A DNA stretch of 64,000 nt from Tubulanus polymorphus. Taxonomy: Eukaryota; Animalia; Nemertea. The stretch covers positions 1,674,001-1,738,000 of the forward strand of contig NC_134029.1 in NCBI RefSeq assembly GCF_964204645.1, in the 5' to 3' direction. The position numbers and the translations under genes are program-made. The notes beneath the pieces are model-generated. The model was not told the DNA's origin, searched no databases, and saw only the letters and a list, made by a program, of their open reading frames with translations. Positions 53,057 to 64,000 of this stretch are shown here, in pieces; position 1 is the stretch's first letter; each line of letters begins with the position of its first letter.

Positions 53057-56000
53057 AAGGCTGAATGCGTGGCTACCACAAGTGGCCAAGTGTCAAGTCA
53101 AACACAACTCATTGTGATAAGTAATTACAGTCTCATGGATGAAACCAACTTCTTATTAATGCATTTCAAGAGGCACAAAATGTGACAGAACACTTTTACT
53201 GGAAATCCAGAACTTTTAAACCAGTGTGCACTAAATATCAGTAAATCATATGAAAATATCAACATGTCATCAAAAAGTAAAGCTTTGATTGAAAGCGATC
53301 TTGAAATGACTCTTTTTGAAATTGAGATTCTACAAACAAAGATTGAGCCTTCAGTAAGAAGACATTTCAAATATTGTCAAAACTCTTGATATTGAGAATC
53401 TAGTAACAAAGATTCACTGACTACACTTGATATATCAATATCTACTAATTGATGATATGTCAAAATACTGATAGAAGTGACACAGTAATTAGCAACTAAC
53501 ATTCATAATTTCACATCAAAGGTTTCTCAAATTCTTTTTCATGGATGATATTATCAGAGGACTGGCTTTGAAATTCTCGATATACTACAGTGGTTTTCAG
53601 TCAATAAGAAAAACACAAAAATTCTAATGAGTTTTTTCCGTCAAATAGAAAAAACATAATTGAAGTTTTTCCGTCAAAATGAAAAACTCAATGTTAAGTG
53701 ATACAGTAATTTTGTATTTCAAGTTACAGATGAAATAGCGACAATCATTATTCATGCAGGTTTCATCTCTCAAAAATTATTTGTCTGGTTTTCTGAATTC
53801 AAACTTAAGGAGTAGCGCAGCAGCAGCAGCACCAGAAGCAGCAGCACCAAACAAACATAGAAATCACCAAATAATTTTGAGAAACTCTTTCACATTTTAA
53901 CTGATGACATTCAGATACATGTGAATTGAATACATGTGATTAAAACAAATATAATGATTATGCAAATGAGAGTGGAGAGAATGCCACAAATGAATCGGGA
54001 CTTTCATCTAATACGAGCACGCTGAAAATAGAAACATGTGTTAAATTGAATGAGGCAAACCATTATGTATAAGACATGAATGAGTTCGCGGTGGTCCTTT
54101 TTGACCGGTTACACTGACTTAACAAATAAAGAATGGTGAAATGTTGGATTGTAAATTTGTACTCGGAGAAGTCCCAAAACGACACCTCGCCACTCATTTA
54201 TTTTATCTCTAACCTAATGATATTAACAGAACTCTACACAAAAAAACATAAAACAGCCTTAAATAAATGATATTGAATCATCAATATGAATTTTACCTCA
54301 AAATTACTATATTTTGAAAAAGTGCCATTGAGTGTATAAAGGACTTCCGTCTAATACGAGTACAAACAAATCAACGGTAAAAATATATTCAAAATTTGAA
54401 TGAAGGTAAATTGATTGAAATCGAACCATTTATGCAGAACATTACATAAAATAACTACTACATAAATAAGTTCACACTAGTGGCCTTGAATTAGACCAGA
54501 TTGAAACTGATAAATCATTAGAATTGTACTCGGACATGTCCTGTTTTTATTTCAAAAAAGGCACTTCATTTTTTCTAGTTCCTTATCATTCTATTGACAC
54601 TGGTATCACTGATAGCTAAATTTGAAGTGAAGTTTCAAAGCGTCAAAGCTTTTACTCACAATCACTTTATTTCAAGGGATTTCTATCTTTGATTGTTTGG
54701 TGCAAATTTAATCAATTAGAATATTTTAAATAACCAGACATTTTTTCATTTTGACTGAAACCTGCTCCAAGAAGGTTGCGCAGATTTGTATTAAATTGAT
54801 AATAAACAGATTAAATTTCTACTTAATGTCAATAATTCTATAAGATATTCATATCTATATAAATATCAATATTCAATATCGAAATTAATTTTTTCGACTT
54901 TACTTCAAATTGAATTCATTTACCGAATTTCATTTTTCAAAACAATGAATTCGAATATAAGAACTTCCCTTGATTTTCTGAGAAACAATAGTTTTGTATC
55001 AGAATGATGATCAAAGTGAGAAGGAAATTCAATTGATTCCTTTCAAAATTAATATATAACTAACGAAGATGGAATGACGATTCTTTTACGATCAATTTTC
55101 ACAAGATTTAAACGATTGACTAAGATTATATTTACATTCAAAATTACATGAACAAAATGAGAAACTTCAATTGATTCAATTCAACTTTTTAACTTCACTT
55201 CTAAAAGCATTTGATCATCATCGATATTGAAATATTGAGGTATAAAAATATTGGATTCATTGTGAATCTTTTGCAAAATAGAGATTTCAGTAACTAAGAT
55301 GGAATGGTGAGTCTTCTTTAGAAGATCAAGATTTCACTATAAATTCTCTAAGTTGACCCTAATTTGCCTAACACTTACTGGAAATCTAGAACTTTCAAAC
55401 AAGTAAAACTAAATATCAACCCCACATCAAAATATGAGGCTTCATTAAAAGAGATCTTGATGATTCTTTTTTAAATTGAGATTGAGAAATCGGTAAGAAA
55501 ATATACTTAAGCGATTACGATTTCAAGCAAAAAAATACTGAACACCCCGAGATTTTACACATTTCTACAGAGACAATTAACAAATTAATTAAAAGAATTT
55601 ATTATTAAGAATTTATTTCAAATTGAGGAATTATGACATAGGAACTTTGATGATAAAATAATTAAAACAGAGCTCGCGGAGATGATCTTATTATACGTAA
55701 TGGCACAAGACAAGCGTGCTCACCACTGAACCAATAGAACTTAAGTCTAATTAGTCAGTGATTAAACAGCGCTTGATTTCGTTATACAAAATACTATGAG
55801 AAACTAGTAACTATTTTAAACAGTTTCTAGTTTCTATAATACACCTTTAACAGAGCTCACAGAGACAATTTGAACTTTGTTAGTAGGATTTAGGGGGGCT
55901 AGCGATCGAACTAATGGTTATACACCTTCATTATATCTTTTCAGTTAAACAAACTGTAACAACTAATATTCTATAGTATATTCTATCCTATACTGAGTCA

Positions 56001-57984
56001 CATAATTTCTCTATCACAGAACTTTATAAAGATAAACGTTTAATACTTTTTGGGCTAGTGAGACTACGTTTAGTTAGTACATCTAGCCAAGTGAACTAGC
56101 GTCCACGCGACTAGTGACTAAACAGCTTATAAAATACTATAACGAGACAACTTATTTTCAGACGCTGCAAGCGTGCTCAGCATTAGACCTAGAGAACAAG
56201 TCAACTAGGCTTAAATATACACCTTTTAACAGTTACACATTTCAGAACAGATACTGAATTCAAAACAACTTACAATGATTTAAGGCAAGCTCATTAAACC
56301 ACTCAACATTTATAAGAATATTACTGATCAAAAACTATATTAAATTACTGCTTGGCAGATGTAATTAGAATTTACTAACACATTTACAAAGCAAGTTCTT
56401 TCTATGTTAATACACGAGTAGAGCTAATATACGCTATATTAATTCCAGCACAGAGCTAACAGAGACAAGATCTTTTTTTGAACGATTTTGTTAGCAAAAT
56501 TTTGGCCCAATAGAGGTTTTGTTATGAGGCTGATAAAGAGAAAAGTCTTCTTATGTGAAGTAATGATTGTGAACTCGTGCGGTGCAGACACAGAACATTG
56601 TTTAACGATTTTGTGTCATTTGGATGATTTTTTTTCCTTTCACTTTCAGTTAGATATTAAGCGTTAGAAATCTAAGTCTTTTGAGATGAGCTTTTAAAAA
56701 AGCTTTTCGACACCTCATTTATGTGTATTTTTACACGTTTTATATTTGGGTTTTGTAAACCCTGTGGCGCTCCACTTTCTCCTTTTTCTCCCACAATAGA
56801 AAAATAAATCAAACTTAGCTTTTTCATATTGCGACATTCATCACTGGGAGGTAGTACTCTCAGTAGTTCTAGTAGTAGTTCATTTTCTAGGAATTCATCT
56901 TCTAGTTAGAATAGTTCATTGGACCCTAGTAGCGCTGTGGTTTCTAGTAGTAGTTCATCTTCTAGCAGTTCTAGCAATTAGTTCATCTCCTCGAAATTCT
57001 AGGTCACGATGGGTCGACTGCTCGGTTCATCTCGCATTCGATGGATTCTTTTGACTGTCTCCATAAAAAACACTTCCAACTTTCTGCGGCTGGAAATAAA
57101 AGAAAATAGTAGATAATTTCTTGGAATCAGAATATTGATGTTTACAATATGAAGCAGAGAAAATAATATAGTTCAATCTCTGCCAAGTAGAAACATGGAT
57201 TATTACAACAAAATGAAAATAAATTGGGATGATAACAAATTACGATTTATGAAAATGATTCCATGAAATTGTTTGCAAAGTGTTCATAAAAATACAGCGA
57301 TGTTACTGCTTGGATGACAATTACAATCAATCTATAATTTAGAATTCAAACTTTCTCACCATGAAAAGGTTAGAAACGGATCTTCTTGTTCTTGTTTTAC
57401 TTTTAGGTCTAATTCAGCCCAGCATACATCAGAACAGCATACAGGCAGCACGGTGGATCAGACATGAGTGCGGCGATTTAGACAGGGCGCCAACTGCTCT
57501 CAAAGCTATTGACGCGTTACCGAATTAGGTTGGGAGACTATAGGCAACGGGCCGGCATTTCTAAACTGACCAATCAGAGAGAGCATCGTCCTTAAATAGA
57601 TTCACCGCGCTACGTCGAGTTTGACTCGTTCCGCTCTGGCCGACTCGAAACCCTTCACCGCCGCCCGTTCCGCTAATAATAAACACCGGACTCGAACAGA
57701 CCCTTCCACATTCATAGTGTATTTCATTATTTCGATAGAAAGAATTAATCAAATCTTAGAGATCTTAAAATCTAATTCTTAAAGTGACCCTTGTCTCAAC
57801 CGTGACAAAAGCATTTTGTATCATATGGCCCTCAAGGTTCAACTGGGGAGGCTCAGACATTTCAAAACCATTTTCAATTAACCCAGATTTAAGACCGCGC
57901 TTGGAATCAAGCCTCCATCGGCTCCGAGGCAATATTTATTAGACATAGAGAGTCTACATGTAGGCCTACACCGTATGTCATTTC

Positions 57985-58070
57985 GAATTCAAATTTAGAC
58001 AGGTTGCCGGTCTCTACCTTTATGAATGCGAATCGCAGAATTGGACAGGCGACCAGTCTAATTCAAATTC
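57985..58070. repeat. Imperfect inverted repeat / hairpin (MITE relic)
   Basis: GAATTCAAATTTAGACAGGTTGCCGGTC pairs imperfectly with GACAGGCGACCAGTCTAATTCAAATTC. Confidence 0.5.
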
Positions 58071-58615
58071 TGGTGTCATCACTGAATCCTCCTCAAAGTC
58101 CCTGACTCGTTGAATCGGGATCCTAACGCAATTAGATTCATCTCTTTGAGGTTGTAGGCCTCTTGGTCTGGAGCCCGCGCCTCAAAATTGAGAACATTTT
58201 TGAACATTTGCCTGCACAGATTGACAGTACCGGACCCATGCTTCGAAACTAGAAAATATGGAAATTCAGACGATTTTTGTAACAGTATTTGCTTTTTTCT
58301 AAGACTAAATGATTGACAAACCACATAGAATGATTAATCTTTGAACATTTAAGATAGTTAGTGACAATTATTCATTTAAGGTCAGGCTTCACAGACATTG
58401 GAGTACGCACCCGAAGCTATATTCCTGATTAAAATGCGATGTAATATGTAGTACTTATTATGTTTATATAGTACGTTGTAAATCATCTATGACAAATAAA
58501 TGTCCAATCGAATATTTCAACTTCGGAAGTATAGCCGCGAGACGTAATCGACGTTTCATCTTCTGCATAGGATTTGATTTTCATTTTATGTTTACCACAT
58601 GGCGTGTCAGGTCCC

Positions 58616-58670
58616 AATATGGCATGACAAGCCTCCGGGCTTGTGACGCCATATGCAGCAGGTCTTAAGA
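58616..58670 (-). repeat. Right copy of the ~55 bp imperfect inverted repeat
   Basis: ATATGGCATGACAAGCCTCCGGGCTTGTGACGCCAT..TCTTAAGA. Confidence 0.75.
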
Positions 58671-58796
58671 ATGCCCTAGATGGATTTGACGGGTTTGTGC
58701 GATAAATAGTTCCCTCCAGCAGACGGCGTTTTAGTCGATTACGCAGGAATTTTTGGAATTTTTGTCTCAATTTCCCGACTAAACTACTCTAAAACA

Positions 58797-60201
58797 ATGC
58801 CTCCAGTCGATCCTAGAATCAGACAAATTAAAATTCAAACTGGTGTTGTCACCAGGTAGGAAATCTATCCACTTTGAATATCGACAGTGATACTGACAGT
58901 AAGATAAAATCCCACTATTTACAGGTTAAACGAATTTAAAAACCAGAATTTATTTATTCAATCAAAAATACTTTAGTGTCTTGTGGGATTTTATCTTATT
59001 ATCCGTCCACCACGTTTGAGTGTGGTTATCATCGTTCTATACTGACAGTGTCAGTGTGTCAAAACTTGCATTCTTCAATTCACTTCAGTTTAGATTAGAT
59101 TAGTTTAGATTATTCGATTTCTCGTTTTTGTAGGATTACGAAAGAGAAGAAGATGTACGAAAAAGAAAATGTTGAAATGGATAAAAAAGTTGAACAGTTG
59201 AAGGCAGAAGGAAAGGACAGTTACGTCATTAATAAACAAGTACGTTCATTTCATTTTATCTACGATATAGTGAGTAATTTCAATTAACGCTGTGGCTACT
59301 CGTACGGACCCGTACGGATTACTCTGGAGGCTATTCGTACGGAACTAGGATCTGTACGCTAATAACTGTCGCTGATTGGCTGATTAACGCCGCGCATGCG
59401 TACAGAGGTGCACGACTTAGAAAATTCAAGAAAAGTGTGGAGAATAGAGTTAGAGAAAAATAGCGGATCGAGCGAGACTCGAACCCGGGTCAGAAATTAC
59501 TAGCACAGCATCGTACCGCTAGACCACCGAGCTCGCTGACAGTCGGTCGAATGTTTTAACTACATATAGCCTCACCTTACCCTAACCCTATCCCTTCCCG
59601 TACACATAATTCCAGAGTTATCCGACGGGTGTGTACGAATAGCCTACGGAATTATTCGTACGGGTCCGTACGAGTAGCCACTTCGTTCAATTAATCGGAT
59701 AAATCATTATTTTATGTATTATTGTTTAATAGATAGAATGTGCTGCAGAAAGTAAAGCTATGGTCCCGGATTGTGTGCGTAGACTGAAAGATGGTTGCGA
59801 TAAATTGAAGAATTTATTGGTTAGTCTTTCACTCGGATATAACTAGAGAATAATTACATTGATTTGAAAAGATCTGTATTTTCTTGTTATGAAATGTTCA
59901 AAAATGTCTTTTTGATAGACCATTTTTTATTTAAACCCAGGGAGGAGTGATTGTGAGGAGTGATTGTGGTTACTGATTATTTGTAACAGTTTAACAATAG
60001 TCAATAAACTGGCTTTAGGATCGCAGTGTTAAATTGGCGTGAATTTTTGAAGAGACGGAACCACTCATAAAATCGTGTTATTGTTTCAATAAATCAGTGT
60101 TTGTGTTTTATTTTTAGGAAGTTGAAAAAGATTTGGCCGAAACAGAAGAATACAAAAACGCGCAGTTAGCATTAGAATCGGCGGCTTCAGAAATAAATTA
60201 G
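58797..60201 (+). CDS. TBCA: Tubulin-specific chaperone A (cofactor A)
   Basis: MPPVDPRIRQIKIQTGVVTRITKEKKMYEKE..ESKAMVPDC..EKDLAETEEY. Exons 58797-58855, 59134-59239, 59733-59819, 60118-60201. Missed by the ORF track because the exons are short. Confidence 0.95.
59288..59685. mobile_element. Non-autonomous TIR element (398 bp) with an internal tRNA-like cassette, in TBCA intron 2
   Basis: TIRs CGCTGTGGCTACTCGTACGGACCCGTACG / CGTACGGGTCCGTACGAGTAGCCACTTCG; 9-bp flanking direct repeat TTCAATTAA (59279-59287 and 59686-59694). Confidence 0.9.
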
Positions 60202-61079
60202 ATTCTATCACGTGAGGTTTGAATTATTTATTGATTTCACAATTCAATGAAATATCGCGTCTGGCACAAGTTTGATGATGGTGAAAAAATTCTAGCTGTA
60301 ATAATTCGAGTGCTATCCCTTTCTCTTGACGCACGCGTATTTGTGATATTTCTTGTGAATGTAAAGCTTTCTATTAATGATGATTTTCGAGATTTTTTTA
60401 TTTGCAAAAAGAAATAAAAATGTAGTTATTTGTAAAATACTACTGAAGTAATGTATAGAATGTCTTTTGATTCATTTCGAAATCATTTCATTTTGGATCA
60501 AAGATGGAAAAATAATTTTTAAAGAAAATGTCAGCTTTTTGGTTGATAAAATAAATTTATTCAATTTCTTCTTTAAAAAACAAACCTTAGTAATTTTCAT
60601 ATTTACACTCAATAACAAGATTGGTTCAACACAACCCTGTGTTAGGAAATGATTATTTATCACAGTTAAATTTGGCACAAAATCGCTATAAAAAACTGAA
60701 TTCCCAACCCTACTATATACACCATTCTGAGCTGATTACAAACAGGTAGAACAAATGAGTGACGCTTGACGTGCTGAGCTTAAGTCTCACAATCCAGTCA
60801 CATACTTCAATAAACAGCGACGATATTGGATTCACACATGTTTTGATTGATGCATTTATATCTATAGAGATCGAATATTAAACACAAATAAACATAATTA
60901 TATATTTTTACGGTCTAGACTAATCTTAGCTCGTCCTCTTTCACAAAAACCGGTTTACGTTCTAACACTAAAAAAACTCTTCAACGTTATATACATTATA
61001 TATTATATATTGAAACCGTGAAGGAAGGAATTTCTCTCATTAAGCCATAGATGTTGATACCCGTGAACTTAGGTTTGAA

Positions 61080-63488
<2,409 letters not shown>

Positions 63489-64000
63489 TTAAAACTTTTC
63501 ATCAATGAAAACCTGAAAATAGAGAAAACATTGTATAAACAATTAAACTACATTAAACCTTGTCTAACTCAAACATTGCCAATTCAAGACTTTTAACTCA
63601 AGACAAATATTTTCTGATATTTCAGGGATGATTCATTGATTACGCATGCTTAAAATTTGAATCCCTTGTACAAAAAATACATAAAGAGGATTCTTTATGT
63701 ATTTTTACTTGTACCTATAATAGGCATTTTTTCCTGTACTTAAAGCATTTATAAGCAATTGCATTAACCCCTCTCCTTGCGTACGTAATAAATGAATGAC
63801 CCCTCACTTACTCAGCCCAAGTTGGGTGAGGTTTACCATATCACTATTTAAACTGCTATATTTAGTTACCCGAAGCTGTACGTATAACACGACATGAGTT
63901 TATTGATGAATCCTTGTATAAATCGCTTTCTGATCATTTTACAGTCAGTGACACCTGTTAATTATGGTTAATTAGTCACAGCTGGAAACATCTGCTCATA

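Noticed and set aside
59462-59540. Functional tRNA gene
   Set aside because: The anticodon and acceptor stems do not pair properly and it lies inside a mobile element.

Overview
AT-rich, compact-intron animal genomic DNA. It looks like a marine invertebrate (lophotrochozoan-like; inference only) and is not prokaryotic. Eleven protein-coding genes were reconstructed by hand from GT-AG splice sites: an MGA/Myc-like bHLH-Zip gene (5' end outside the window), DCLK, PAICS head-to-head with PPAT, XPNPEP3 head-to-head with ANAPC10, an HtrL/YibB-family putative glycosyltransferase with a spliced-on N-terminal membrane anchor, GAS1-like, ULK3, TBCA and a ZNF474-like C2HC zinc-finger gene. There is also one tRNA-Ser(CGA), several MITEs and SINE relics, and microsatellites. 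The most unusual region is a ~10.8 kb gene-free interval between the divergent ULK3 and TBCA genes. It is bracketed by a ~55 bp imperfect inverted repeat and contains five co-oriented CTCF-like motifs, an 18-bp minisatellite and many decayed duplications. Other points of note: a TIR element carrying a tRNA-like Pol III cassette and telomere-like motifs, an RFX X-box with candidate alternative first exons inside DCLK, and an intronic duplication that copies a splice acceptor. Gene names come from motif recognition, not database searches, and exon coordinates may be off by a few bases.
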